A stretch of 64,000 bases of DNA from Nitrospirota bacterium (GTDB lineage: Bacteria; Nitrospirota; UBA9217), in the NCBI GenBank assembly GCA_963845065.1, contig CAWJQQ010000009.1, forward strand, positions 416,001 through 480,000, in the 5' to 3' direction. Under the pieces are notes generated by a model. That model was not told where the DNA came from, made no database searches, and saw nothing but the letters and a program-made list of their open reading frames with translations. Every line of letters starts with the position of its first letter. The first letter of the stretch is position 1. Of this stretch, positions 18,400 through 29,251 are shown piece by piece. A program made the translations under genes and the position numbers.

Positions 18400-19218
18400 T
18401 CATGGTGCATGTGAAAGGATATCTCTCCTGAACGCTTCCGATTGAAGCGCGAATCCTCCAAAGCACTCCAGGCGGTCGAGAATAGTATCATTCGAAAAAC
18501 CATTAATTTTCAATATATTAATCATCTGCTCAATATTAGCGTCCTCAGAGGGCCCTCGGCATCCCCAACAGCCGAACCGATTGTTTGGGCACCATGAGTC
18601 ACAGCCACCGCGCGTTATCGGACCCAGGCAAGGTTCGCCGAGATCAAAGAGACAAGTGTTTTCATTGGCTTTGCATTCCATGCAGACTGGATACTTAGGG
18701 TGTACAATGGATTTGCCCAATACAATGCACGTGACAATTTTTTCTACCTCTTCTTTTTTTACGGGACATCCGAAAATTCTGAGATCTACGGACACAAAAG
18801 CTTCTAGCGGTTTAGCTTCATTGTTCGTTTCGATTGCATTATTTCCGTAAACCTGTTTTTTCACCCACGCTGGGTCTTTGAACCTGTTCTTGAGCTGGTT
18901 CACGCCTCCGAAGCAGGCACAGGAACCGAACGCTACGAGTACTGTGGCAGTGCTCCGGATCTTCTTGAGTCGTTCTACCTCGTCGGTGCGGGTCACACTC
19001 CCTTCTACAAAAGCGATGTTGTAATTATCATGCATTTCAGTCATAGCTTCCCGAAAATTGACAACTTCTACAAGGGACAGGAAATCCAGGAGCGAGGCCT
19101 CATTATTTACAATTTGGAGTTGGCATCCTTCGCAGGAAGACATTTCAAAGAATGCGACTCTCGGCCGCTGCACGGGAACGCCAAGAAACGTCCTTGTCAT
19201 TGATTTCTTTTTTTCCAT
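18400..19218 (-). CDS. Group 3b hydrogenase small (delta) subunit
   Basis: SSCEGC, EGS, GSCACFGG, GCP, CLGPITRGGC, CWGCRG; TGATG coupling to gamma. Confidence 0.92.
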   Translation of the reverse strand: MEKKKSMTRTFLGVPVQRPRVAFFEMSSCEGCQLQIVNNEASLLDFLSLVEVVNFREAMTEMHDNYNIAFVEGSVTRTDEVERLKKIRSTATVLVAFGSCACFGGVNQLKNRFKDPAWVKKQVYGNNAIETNNEAKPLEAFVSVDLRIFGCPVKKEEVEKIVTCIVLGKSIVHPKYPVCMECKANENTCLFDLGEPCLGPITRGGCDSWCPNNRFGCWGCRGPSEDANIEQMINILKINGFSNDTILDRLECFGGFALQSEAFRRDILSHAP

Positions 19219-20120
19219 CAGATTGCCTCTTTCAAGTTCATCACGGTCCAATAGTCAAAGACTGGTCCTTTAAGACATGTATATGTGGAGCCGACATTGC
19301 ATCGACAGCATTTACCCATGCCACAATGCATGCGGCGTTCGAGCGATACAAACATTTTCTGCATGGGCATACCATCTTCGGAAAGCATGGCGCAGACGAA
19401 TTTGAACATGACCGGTGGGCCGCATACTACGGCGAAGGTGTTGTCGATGAAAGAGTCATCTCGGCTCTCGATGATTTCTTTCAGTACTTTTGTGATGAGG
19501 CCAACAGGGCCGGTCCAGTTCGGATCAGCTTCCTCCATGATAATGTGGAGATTGATGTCGTCCTTTTTCCATATGTCGTACTGATACTTAAACAGGAGCC
19601 GGGACGGGTCTTTCGTGCCGTAAACGATGTCGACGAGTTCGAACTTGCTCCGGTGTTCCTGTACATGCGCGATAGGAGCACGGAGAGGGGCGAGGCCCAA
19701 GCCTCCGGCAATGAGCAGGACATGACCGCCGTGCATCTGTTCCATCGGGAAGCTTGTACCGAAGGGGCCGCGAATGCCTATATGCATGCCGCGTTCGGCG
19801 CGGGCGAGAAACCTGGTGAGATTACCTGCGGTGCGGATGCAGAGCTCGATATCCTCGTGATTGCTCGGTGAAGAGGATATCGAAAAAGGGGCTTCTCCTA
19901 CGCCAGGTGATTCTAGCATGATAAACTGGCCAGGCCGGAAGGTAAAGTGCTTACGGTCTTCGTTGTCTATGATTCGTATCCGATATAGGTTCTCGAGGTC
20001 AGTAAGCCGGTAGATACTTGTTATTTCGGCCTTGTAAGTATATTCAAAGCTGCCTAGGTCAGTCTTGCGTTGCCATCTCCGGGCAGGGATCACTTCATGG
20101 AACGGACGTCGATGATCCAT
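19218..20120 (-). CDS. Group 3b hydrogenase gamma subunit (FAD/NAD(P), 2Fe-2S)
   Basis: PGQF, RGPFG, AGGLGLAP, CGPPVM, ERRMHCGMGKCCRC. Confidence 0.92.
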   Translation of the reverse strand: MDHRRPFHEVIPARRWQRKTDLGSFEYTYKAEITSIYRLTDLENLYRIRIIDNEDRKHFTFRPGQFIMLESPGVGEAPFSISSSPSNHEDIELCIRTAGNLTRFLARAERGMHIGIRGPFGTSFPMEQMHGGHVLLIAGGLGLAPLRAPIAHVQEHRSKFELVDIVYGTKDPSRLLFKYQYDIWKKDDINLHIIMEEADPNWTGPVGLITKVLKEIIESRDDSFIDNTFAVVCGPPVMFKFVCAMLSEDGMPMQKMFVSLERRMHCGMGKCCRCNVGSTYTCLKGPVFDYWTVMNLKEAI

Positions 20121-20121
20121 T

Positions 20122-21165
20122 TTATTTATCCTCTCCTCGTACACTGGCAATGACTTCAGGGACCGTGATGCCGGCCAAGCAAGCCTCACCGCACCGTCCG
20201 CAGCCCACACAGAGCGATTCCTCAAAGGCTTCTACAAACCCGCGATGCTTATGGTAGTACCGATATTTGAGCCGAGTTGATCGGTCGGTCCGAAAATTGT
20301 GGCCACCGGCGACCTCAGCGAAATCGATGAGGTTGCAGGAATAGAGCATTTTTTTCTTTTGGGCCGCTTTGAGATTGACATTAACAGTTTCTTCGACTCC
20401 ATAACAGTAACAGGTCGGACAAACGTTTGCGCAGGTTCCGCAGGCAAGGCATTTGTCTCCCCATTGTTTCCAAACCGGTGATTGAAACTCCATATCAAGT
20501 ATCTTGGCAAGGTCGGAGGTATCAACATGGGCCGTAAACAGCTTATTCCTCTCCGCGACCGCCTTCATATATAGGACATGGTCTTGTTCTTCCGGTTCAA
20601 AGGTCTTTACAGTTTTTAGAAAGTTATATGCCGTTGCTGTTAGGATCTCCACGAAATAGCGGTCACCTATATCGGTGAGGAACAAGTCAAAGCCATGAGT
20701 CACGCTGTCGGCCCCCACGGAACGACAGAAACAGAACGGCTGAGGTAGGCAGTCGATGCCAATGATGAGTATGTTATTTCGTTTGGCGGCATAGTAAGGC
20801 ATGGGATAAATGCTGCCCATGAGGACCTTGTCAAGTTTGTTAAGTGCATTGATGTCGCAGGCATGGAGACCGAAAAAAACATAAGGCCCGTCACTGTTGT
20901 AACTGATGTGCTTTTGCCAGTCGTCTCCTTCAAACGTGAATGAAGCGAGGTCTTCCCGGTAGGGGAGAAAATACCGTTTTGCTGGCAGTTTCGTCATAGT
21001 ATAATCAAGACGGAGCTTTTCGAAATCAGTAACCTGTTCGAAGGCAAAAAGGGTGTGGCCGTTCCGGTCAGTCCCTGATTCGATTGGCCCAACAGTGGTA
21101 TTTTCGAGTACTATCTGGTTAAATGCTGCTTCAAGCTCATCTTTATGCAACACTCTGAATATCAT
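20122..21165 (-). CDS. Group 3b hydrogenase beta subunit (AsrA-like 4Fe-4S)
   Basis: CLACGTCANVCPTCYC, CVGCGRCGEAC. Confidence 0.92.
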   Translation of the reverse strand: MIFRVLHKDELEAAFNQIVLENTTVGPIESGTDRNGHTLFAFEQVTDFEKLRLDYTMTKLPAKRYFLPYREDLASFTFEGDDWQKHISYNSDGPYVFFGLHACDINALNKLDKVLMGSIYPMPYYAAKRNNILIIGIDCLPQPFCFCRSVGADSVTHGFDLFLTDIGDRYFVEILTATAYNFLKTVKTFEPEEQDHVLYMKAVAERNKLFTAHVDTSDLAKILDMEFQSPVWKQWGDKCLACGTCANVCPTCYCYGVEETVNVNLKAAQKKKMLYSCNLIDFAEVAGGHNFRTDRSTRLKYRYYHKHRGFVEAFEESLCVGCGRCGEACLAGITVPEVIASVRGEDK

Positions 21166-21388
21166 GGGGCACCATATATTTCTTTATTATACTCAATAAT
21201 ATAGCGCGTAGAGATATAATTTACCATACGTTAAATTATAACATAGAAGTCGAAGAATATTAAGAAAGGATTTGAACGTTTTGAGATTGATTGTTTCATC
21301 TTAATTGGCATGGAGGAGATTCCTTCTTCAGATTATTCTGCTTAAACCAATATGATTGACTAGCTAAGTACCTGAACCTGATTTCCTG

Positions 21389-21418
21389 TTGCAAAACGGG
21401 TAGGTAGTGACGTATAAT
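21389..21418 (+). promoter_or_regulatory. Putative sigma70 promoter
   Basis: TTGCAA-N18-TATAAT upstream of the 21455 gene. Confidence 0.5.
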
Positions 21419-21454
21419 ATGAAATTACGTCATTGATGTTTTTGGGAGGTTGTT

Positions 21455-21763
21455 ATGATGGATACGACAAACTGGAAGGTTACCGTGGCTCCGACCTGTC
21501 CACATTGCAAGACGGAAATGGAGCAAATGGACTCACGCTACCTGGATTGGGAATCACCCTATCTTTGGGTCTGTTTCAATAATGGTTGTACACTGTTCAA
21601 AAAAGGCTGGAATCACATGATGGACAGCTATGGTCAACTCGTTTCTTATCGTTTTATGATCCATCCACAAAACGGTGAGCCCGGAATCATCCCCGCCTTC
21701 AGCCAACAGTATCTGCAGGAGAATAGTAAATCCGCGAACCCCAGCTTCGACAAAGATGAATAG
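21455..21763 (+). CDS. Small Zn-finger-like hypothetical protein
   Basis: GGAGG RBS; CPHC...VCFNNGC; followed by a terminator. Confidence 0.75.
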   Translation: MMDTTNWKVTVAPTCPHCKTEMEQMDSRYLDWESPYLWVCFNNGCTLFKKGWNHMMDSYGQLVSYRFMIHPQNGEPGIIPAFSQQYLQENSKSANPSFDKDE

Positions 21764-21783
21764 ACTCGACGCCTGTGAAAACG

Positions 21784-21825
21784 AAAGGAGCCGGGAACTG
21801 AAATCGTTCCCGGCTCCTTTTTTTT
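21784..21825. terminator. Bidirectional intrinsic terminator
   Basis: AAAGGAGCCGGGAAC-loop-GTTCCCGGCTCCTTTTTTTT between convergent genes. Confidence 0.9.
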
Positions 21826-21865
21826 CTGGGCATTCAGAGCGATGATCGCTTCCTGCTTGTTGGCA

Positions 21866-24571
21866 TCAGGCTTTCGATGCAACAGCGGAAAGTTCGTTTT
21901 GTATTTTCACCGCTTCAATTTTTACGGCGCAGACCTTGAACTCGGGGATCTTTACTACTGGGTCGAGCGCATCATTAGTGAGCACGTTGGCTGCGGCTTC
22001 ACGATAGTGCATGGGTATGAACACGACACCTTGAGGAATGCGACGCGTTACCATTGCCTTGATCTCGATTTCTCCCCGTTGTGAACTCACCATGACCATA
22101 GCCCCGTTCTGGATGCCGAGCTCTTCGCTGTCAGCGGGATTGATTTCAACGTATGCCTCGCCTGCATGTTGCTCGATAGCCCCAACTCTCCGCGTCATGG
22201 AGCCGGAATGGTACTGGAAAAGATTCCTTCCCGTTGTGAGGAGGAAGGGATATTTTTTATCAGTGACTTCTGCAGGAGGACTGAAAGGAGTGACCGCGAA
22301 GGGCACTTTCCCCTTGGCGAACCCGTCCTTGTACAGATATTCGGTGCCTGGGTGGTCCTTTGTGGGGCAGGGCCAGGCAAGTCCGTTCTTCTCGATCCTA
22401 TCGTAGGTGATTCCTCCCATTGCCGGCCAGAGCTTGCCGAACTCCTCTAAAACTTTCTCGGGCGTAAGATTCTCCATGGGATAGCCCAGTGCACCGGAAA
22501 GAGTGGCGATAATGGTCAAGTCATCCTTCACAAGCCCGGGCGGATTGACGACCTTCCTGACGCGCTGTACCTTGCGCTCGGTATTGGAAAAGGTGCCGTC
22601 CTTTTCAAAGGAGCACGTCGCGGGCAGGACTACATCTGCCAATTGGGCAGTCTCGGTCATGAAAATGTCCTGGACCACGAGAAAATCGAGCGAATCGAGC
22701 GATTTGATCGTGTGGTGCATGTTGGCGTCGGTGATGATAGGGTTCTCCCCCATGATGTACAGGGCTTTAAGCTTCCCGCTTACTGCCGCATCCATCATTT
22801 CAGTGGCAGTGAGCCCTGTCTTCGACGATAGGGCAACTCCCCAGGCCTGCTCGAATTTCTGTCTGATTTCTGGCGAGTCGAGTTTCTGGTATCCAGGAAA
22901 GACGTTCGGGAGGCACGCAGCATCCGATGCGCCCTGGACGTTGTTCTGTCCTCGAAGTGGATTGACGCCGGTGGATTCCCTCCCGACGTTACCTGTTAAC
23001 GTTGCCAGGTTCGCGACGGCCTTCACATTATCCGTACCGCAAATATGCTGGGTGATGCCCATCGTGTAAAACAGTCCTGCGCGGCGGGACTTGCCGTAAA
23101 GCCTGGCCGCCTTGATGATGAGGTCATTCGGCACGCCTGTAATCCGCTCAACTTTCTCGGGCGTGAACTCCTTCAACGACTGTTTCCACTGTTCGAAGCC
23201 TTCGGTTTTATCGCGGATGAAATCATCATTCTGAAGCCCTTCGCTCACGATCACTTGTGCAATCCCGTTAAGAAGCGCGATATCGGTGCCCGGCTGGAGT
23301 TTGAGATGCAGCTCAGCAAACTTCACCATGGGGACCTGGCGCGGATCAGCTACGATGATCTTTGCACCCTTGCGGTACGCCTTGATCATCCTATTCGCGA
23401 TGACGGGATGCGACACCTTGGTGTTGGAGCCGATGATGAAGATGACCTCCATGCCTTCGATCTCGCGGATCGAATTGGTCATTGCCCCGGAACCGTATAT
23501 GGCGGCCAGCCCGGCCACCGTCGGAGAGTGTCAGAGACGGGCGCAGTGGTCGACGTTGTTGGTGCCGACCCCCGCGCGTATGAGTTTTTGGAAAGCGTAG
23601 TTTTCTTCGTTCGTACAGCGGGCCGAGGACAAGCCACCGATGGCGTCAGCGCCGTTTTTTTCCTTGATAGACCTGAGCCGCCCAGCGGTAAAGGCAATCG
23701 CCTCATCCCAAGTGGCTTCTTCGAATTCGCCATTTCGCTTGATGAGGGGTTTCGTCAGGCGGTCCTCACTGTTGACGAATTTATATCCGAACCGGCCCTT
23801 GACACAGAGCCAGCCTTCGTTCCATGTGTCCGGCTTCGAGGTGATGCGGATGATCTCGTTGTCTTTCACATGGGCAGTTATATTGCAGCCTGTCCCGCAG
23901 TAGGCACAGACCGTGTCAACTTTTTTAACTTCCTGGTACCGTCCCTTGCGCGCCCATTGCTTGCCGGTCAGAGCACCGGTGGGACAGACGGAAACGCACT
24001 GGCCGCAGAATTCGCAGTTGAGGTCTTCTTCATAGTTCGTGCAGATCTTGGACTTGAAACCGCGATAGCCAAAATCGATCGCCTCCACACCCTGGACCTC
24101 GTTGCACACCTTTACGCACCTGCCGCAGAGGATGCACTTTTCGAGGTCGCGCTCAATGAAGGCGTTGCCGTCCCGCTTTCGATAGATCCTTCTTTCACCG
24201 GGGTATTCGACGCCTTGCACATTGTAGGTGTATGCAAGTTCTTGCAGGGCGCAGTCGCCCGTGGCCTCGCAAACCATGCAGTTGTTGGGATGATCGGAGA
24301 TGATCAGTTCGAGGACGAGTTTTCGCATGTCCTCGATCTGGGTTGTCGACGTAGTAACCTCCATGCCGTCCGTGACGGGCGTCGTGCAGGAGGCCACGGG
24401 GCGGGGGATACCTTTGACCTCAACGATACAGAGCCGGCACCCGCCGGAAGGGGTGAGCTTGGGATGGTTGCAGAGCGTCGGTATGTAAATATTGTGTTTT
24501 CTGGCCGCATCCAGGATCGTCGTATTGTCCGGTACGGTAATTTCTCGATTATTGATGGTTATCCGGGGCAT
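21866..24571 (-). CDS. fdhA: Formate dehydrogenase alpha subunit, selenocysteine-containing (901 aa)
   Basis: ORFs 23531..24604 and 21866..23518 are in frame across TGA 23531-23533: DHCARL-U-HSPTVAGL. N-terminal 2Fe-2S/4Fe-4S domains, CAYCGTGC, RGQNNVQG. Confidence 0.95.
23501..23519 (-). promoter_or_regulatory. Bacterial SECIS hairpin
   Basis: GGUGGCC-GGGCU-GGCCGCC begins 11 nt after the UGA. Confidence 0.8.
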
Positions 24572-24573
24572 GG

Positions 24574-26352
24574 TTAATCCCTTTCTACTGAATTGAACTT
24601 GCAAACGTCAAAACATGACCCGCACTTGATGCACTTACTCTGATCGATCTTGTGGGGAACCTTTTTTGCACCTGTAATAGCACCAGAGGGGCATGCTCGC
24701 AAACAGGTGCCACAAGCCTTGCACATCTCCTGATTGATGGTATAAGTGAGCAGGTTCTTGCAGACCTTTGCCGGACACTTCTTGTCCCTGATATGGGTTT
24801 CGAATTCCTCGCGGAAATATTTTATCGAGCTGAGTATAGGATTGGGCGCGGTCTGGCCGAGGCCGCAGAGCGCCGTGGTTTTTATGCCGGCAGAAAGCTT
24901 TTCGAGCCGTTCTAGGTCATTGCTCCTGCCGTGGCCGCTAGTGATTCGCTCGAGGGTCTCCAGCAGTCTTTTGGTCCCGACCCGGCAGGGAACGCACTTG
25001 CCGCAGGACTCCGCCTGGGTGAACTGGGTAAAATATTTCGCCATGCTCACCATGCAGTCGTCCTCGTCGAGAACGATCATCCCGCCCGAGCCAACGATGG
25101 AACCGACCTTTGCGAGGGACTCGTAATCCACGCTCAGATCCAGCATGCTGGCGGGTATGCAGCCTCCTGAGGGACCGCCGGTCTGAACAGCCTTCAAGGG
25201 TTTCCCGCTTTCGATGCCTCCGCCAATTTCCTCAATAATCTCCCCGAGCGTGATGCCCATCGGCACCTCGATGAGACCGGGGTTCTTGATCTTGCCGGTG
25301 AGCGCGAAGACCTTGGTGCCCTTTGATTTCTCGGTGCCATACGAGGCATACCAAAACCAGCCGCGCCGGATGATGTAAGGAATGTTGGCTAGGGTCTCAA
25401 CGTTGTTGATGATCGTTGGCAACTGCCAGAGCCCCCGATTAGCTGGAAAGGGCGGTTTGGCACGCGGCGTGCCCCGCTGACCTTCGATGGACGCGATGAG
25501 TGCTGTTTCTTCGCCGCAGACAAAGGCCCCCGCGCCGAGCTTGATCTTAATCTCAAAATGAAAAGTGGAACCGAAAATGTTGCTACCGAGATAGCCCCTC
25601 TCGGTAGCCTGGGCTAAGGCGCGCTTTAAGCGTTCAACGGCAAGGGGATATTCGGCCCTGATATAAACATAGCCGTGGTTTGCACCAAGTGCGTAGGCGC
25701 CGATGATCATGCCTTCGATAACGGTGTGTGGATTGCCTTCGATGACGGCCCGGTCCATGAACGCGCCTGGGTCGCCCTCATCGGCGTTGCAGACGATGTA
25801 CTTGGTTGTGCCGGGCGCTTTTCTCCCCAGTTCCCACTTAAGCCCTGTAGGGAACCCCGCCCCGCCGCGTCCGCGCAGACCTGACTGTTTTATTTCCTCG
25901 ATAACTTCTTCGGGTTTCCACGTCTGGAGCACGTCACGTGCGGCCTCATACCCGCCGATTGCAAGATATGCCTCTATTTCTTCGGGATCGATCCGGCCGC
26001 AATCCGAGAGCACGACCTTGATCTGCTTTTTATAAAATGCATCATAGGCCCCGTCAACGAGCCATTCCTTGACCGGTACCCCGCCGGCGATGTGTTCTTC
26101 GACGATCCGCGGGACCATTTCTGGCTTGACGTATTGGTACACGATCTTCGTCCCCGCCCGGTGAACTTCCACAAGGACGTCGCGGGCGCACAACCCGAGG
26201 CAGCCCACCTGATGGGACGCACAATTTTCTTTCAGCGCGACCTGTGCTTTAGTATGTGAAAGAGCATTCTGGAACGCTTCGAGGACTTGTTTGCCGTTTG
26301 CAGCGATTCCGGCAGGTCCCATGCAGACTCGTATGACGGTTTCGTTTTCCAC
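24574..26352 (-). CDS. NuoF/HydB-like NADH/FMN-binding subunit of the FDH complex
   Basis: GLRGRGGAGFPTG, NADEGDPGAFMDR, GGPSGG, ESCGKCVPCR; C-terminal 2x[4Fe-4S]. Confidence 0.93.
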   Translation of the reverse strand: MENETVIRVCMGPAGIAANGKQVLEAFQNALSHTKAQVALKENCASHQVGCLGLCARDVLVEVHRAGTKIVYQYVKPEMVPRIVEEHIAGGVPVKEWLVDGAYDAFYKKQIKVVLSDCGRIDPEEIEAYLAIGGYEAARDVLQTWKPEEVIEEIKQSGLRGRGGAGFPTGLKWELGRKAPGTTKYIVCNADEGDPGAFMDRAVIEGNPHTVIEGMIIGAYALGANHGYVYIRAEYPLAVERLKRALAQATERGYLGSNIFGSTFHFEIKIKLGAGAFVCGEETALIASIEGQRGTPRAKPPFPANRGLWQLPTIINNVETLANIPYIIRRGWFWYASYGTEKSKGTKVFALTGKIKNPGLIEVPMGITLGEIIEEIGGGIESGKPLKAVQTGGPSGGCIPASMLDLSVDYESLAKVGSIVGSGGMIVLDEDDCMVSMAKYFTQFTQAESCGKCVPCRVGTKRLLETLERITSGHGRSNDLERLEKLSAGIKTTALCGLGQTAPNPILSSIKYFREEFETHIRDKKCPAKVCKNLLTYTINQEMCKACGTCLRACPSGAITGAKKVPHKIDQSKCIKCGSCFDVCKFNSVERD

Positions 26353-26846
26353 TATTTTTTCCTTATCGCTTTAATTTCTTTGACGATGGGGTCGGCGGTC
26401 GTTTTCCCAAATACCTTGCCGTTGATCAGTACGACGGGGGCAAAACTGCAGAAACCCAGACAGGCGACTTTTTCAACGGTGAATTCTCGATCCTGCGTGG
26501 TGTCCTCTTCTTCTGAAAGCTTCAGTTCTCGCTTTAAGTTGTTCAAAATTCTTTCGGCACCGCGAACATGGCATGCTGTACCGCAGCAGGCCGTAATTTT
26601 ATTCTTGCCGGTTGGGGTCAGGCGAAACTGCGAGTAGAAAGTTGCAACGCCGTAGAATCGGCTCGGCGCGATGTCTAGAGTCTCGGAAAAATAATCCACC
26701 GCTTCACGGGGAATGTAACCCAGAGCGTCTTGGGTTTCCTGAAGTAGGGAAATGACGTTACCACCATTATTCCGGTAGTTATTGATGATTCGGTTTAAAG
26801 TATTAGTCATATCTGTCGTAGTGTCCATTTCGAGGATTTTGTTCAT
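26352..26846 (-). CDS. NuoE/HydC-like 2Fe-2S subunit
   Basis: GVATFYSQF, CCGTACHVRG, CLGFC. Confidence 0.93.
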   Translation of the reverse strand: MNKILEMDTTTDMTNTLNRIINNYRNNGGNVISLLQETQDALGYIPREAVDYFSETLDIAPSRFYGVATFYSQFRLTPTGKNKITACCGTACHVRGAERILNNLKRELKLSEEEDTTQDREFTVEKVACLGFCSFAPVVLINGKVFGKTTADPIVKEIKAIRKK

Positions 26847-27278
26847 TAGTTTTTGATTTGGGTTGATAATGCGAAATAAGAAAAACTCATAACATCATGT
26901 CATATTATCATGGTAGGAATTTTCTTGCAAGAAAAAAAACTAAATTCGTATTGTTTCGCCTCCAGACAACTTTGAGGGAAGTCTTCAGGAAATTTCAATT
27001 GATACGGAAGTTCAACGTTTACAAAAGCACGAAATCAGTAATTCATATTCTGACCGAAAGATTCCTGTCAAATATGGAGCGTAGTATACGACACTATATA
27101 CTATATATAGAATGACTCCGGGCTAACTGTCGTCGAATCCTTATTCAAGTAAGCCGCTCCGCGGCAGAAGAGCAAAGCATCCATCCTGCGTCCATCCCAC
27201 CTTGTCTGATATTTCCTGAATAATCTCCGTGTTACCATACATCTCCAATGCAGTTCAATCTTGTAGCACAAGGAGAGT

Positions 27279-28154
27279 ATGGTCATGGAAAACTGGTACG
27301 AGAAGTCCAAAGAAGCCCTGCAACTGAGCGGTAAGGGCGACACAACGCAAGAAAGTTACACACGCGCAGTCCGATTACTCATTGAGCATTTCGGCAACAA
27401 AACCCCCGATCTCATCACCGAAGAAGAGCTTCAGGAATACTTCCTCCATTGCAGGAACGTTCGCAAGTGGGCGCCCAAAACCATGGCTGTCTGCTATGCC
27501 GGCATCCGCTTTTTCTTTGAGAACGTCCTGCGCCGTGACTGGCATATCCTGAGCATCATTCGGGCGCAAACTGAACACCGGCTTCCGACTGTGCTTAGTA
27601 TCGAAGAGGTACGCGCCACCCTTTCCCGCGTCACGTCTCCTCGCAACCACGCCTTCCTCTCCACAGTCTATTCCTGCGGCCTTCGGCTCCAGGAAGCGCT
27701 ACACCTCGAAGTCCCGGACATCGATAAACACCGTATGATGATCCATATCCACCGGGGGAAAGGCGCTAAAGACCGTTATGTTCCGCTTCCCCGTACGACG
27801 TATGCTCTTTTGCGGAAGCATTGGGCCACTCACAAAAACCCCCGATTGATTTTTCCCTCACGGGGCATATACAAAGATGGCTCGGACATTCGGAAACCGG
27901 TTTCATACAGTACGGTGCAGGCGGCGCTTCAGAACGCGGTACGCGCAGCGGGTATTCAGAAACGCAACGTCTCCATCCACACGCTTCGCCACGCCTATGC
28001 TACTCACCTGCTCGAAGCCGGCGTGAATCTGAGCGTCATCCAGCAGTATATGGGCCACTCCAGCCTTGAGACCACGATGATTTACCTACATTTGACCACC
28101 AAGGGTCAGGAAGACGCTTACAAAATCATCGACCAGCTCATGACGGGGTTTTGA
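27279..28154 (+). CDS. Tyrosine recombinase/integrase
   Basis: CGLR, GKGAK, HTLRH, MGH, TTMIY catalytic set. Confidence 0.93.
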   Translation: MVMENWYEKSKEALQLSGKGDTTQESYTRAVRLLIEHFGNKTPDLITEEELQEYFLHCRNVRKWAPKTMAVCYAGIRFFFENVLRRDWHILSIIRAQTEHRLPTVLSIEEVRATLSRVTSPRNHAFLSTVYSCGLRLQEALHLEVPDIDKHRMMIHIHRGKGAKDRYVPLPRTTYALLRKHWATHKNPRLIFPSRGIYKDGSDIRKPVSYSTVQAALQNAVRAAGIQKRNVSIHTLRHAYATHLLEAGVNLSVIQQYMGHSSLETTMIYLHLTTKGQEDAYKIIDQLMTGF

Positions 28155-28156
28155 CC

Positions 28157-29251
28157 ATGGACACGATCAATGAGATTTTCCGCACCTATGCCCCGGAGTA
28201 CGTGTCACGGTTTGGCGAAGCGATTCCTCTGGAACATCGCAAGGCAATAGACGCAATTATCAACTGCCGCACTCCAGCTTGTGGGACGACCTGGTTCCGT
28301 TGCGAAGACTGCGGGAAAGACCATGCCATCCATCGTTCTTGCGGCAACCGTCACTGCCCGACCTGCCAGTATCATAAGAGCCGACAGTGGCTCGAAAAAC
28401 AGATTGATCGGCGGATGCCAGGACATCACTTCATGATCACGTTCACGGTGCCCGAGCAGATTCGTCGGTTCATCAGAGGCAATCAACGAGCAGCTTATGC
28501 TGCCTTGTTTTCTGCTTCTTCAGCGGCTATGAAAAAGCTGGTTCTCGACCCCAAGTTCATGGGCGGCGATCTGCCGGGCTTCTTCGGGGTCCTGCACACA
28601 TGGGGCAGAACACTGGAGTTTCACCCCCATGTCCACTATATCGTCGTAGGTGGGGCGTTTTCGTCCGAGGATAAAACATGGAAACCGTCAGGAACCGGTT
28701 TCTATGTGCCGGTCCAAGCGCTATCTCCCATTTTCCGGGCGAAGTTCAAGGATGAGATGAAAAAAGCAGGCCTTTTTGATCAAATCCCCGAAGAGGTCTG
28801 GCGCATCGACTGGAACGTGAACTCGCAAGCCGTGGGCGACAGCGAAGGGAGTCTCAAGTATCTTGCCCCCTATGTCTTTCGGGTAGCCTTGTCCAACAGC
28901 CGGATCGTGAAAGTCGAGAATCGTCAGATCTTCATTCATTACAAAAAGACCAATAGCAATCGCTGGAGAACGCTGGAACTTGAGGTGATGGAATTTATGC
29001 GTCGCTTCCTCCAGCACGTTCTACCGACGGGGTTCATGAAGGTGCGATATTACGGCTTCTTAAGCCCGACCTGCAAAGTCCCGCTTGAGAACATCAGGAC
29101 GCTGATTGAGCTGGCTTATGGATTTGAGGTGACGATGTCTGAAGTCGAACAGACGCCCCCAATGCCTCATCCAACATGCGGGTGCTGCGGTGGCTTTCTC
29201 AAAGTGATTTCGATTTCTCCGCCGCCGCAGCACCTGGCACGCGCCGGATAG
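28157..29251 (+). CDS. IS91-family rolling-circle transposase with Zn-binding domain
   Basis: CEDC...SCGNRHCPTC, LHTWG, HPHVH (HUH), KYLAPY, RFLQHVLP.GF.KVRYYG. Confidence 0.92.
   Translation: MDTINEIFRTYAPEYVSRFGEAIPLEHRKAIDAIINCRTPACGTTWFRCEDCGKDHAIHRSCGNRHCPTCQYHKSRQWLEKQIDRRMPGHHFMITFTVPEQIRRFIRGNQRAAYAALFSASSAAMKKLVLDPKFMGGDLPGFFGVLHTWGRTLEFHPHVHYIVVGGAFSSEDKTWKPSGTGFYVPVQALSPIFRAKFKDEMKKAGLFDQIPEEVWRIDWNVNSQAVGDSEGSLKYLAPYVFRVALSNSRIVKVENRQIFIHYKKTNSNRWRTLELEVMEFMRRFLQHVLPTGFMKVRYYGFLSPTCKVPLENIRTLIELAYGFEVTMSEVEQTPPMPHPTCGCCGGFLKVISISPPPQHLARAG

Noticed and set aside
23045..24577. 510-aa plus-strand ORF
   Set aside because: Antisense to fdhA with no recognisable motifs.
21866..24604. 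FDH as a split gene or pseudogene
   Set aside because: The UGA is at the Sec position and is followed by a SECIS-like hairpin.
24574..26846. Complex I nuoEF
   Set aside because: Coupled to fdhA, HydB-type architecture, and no other nuo genes present.
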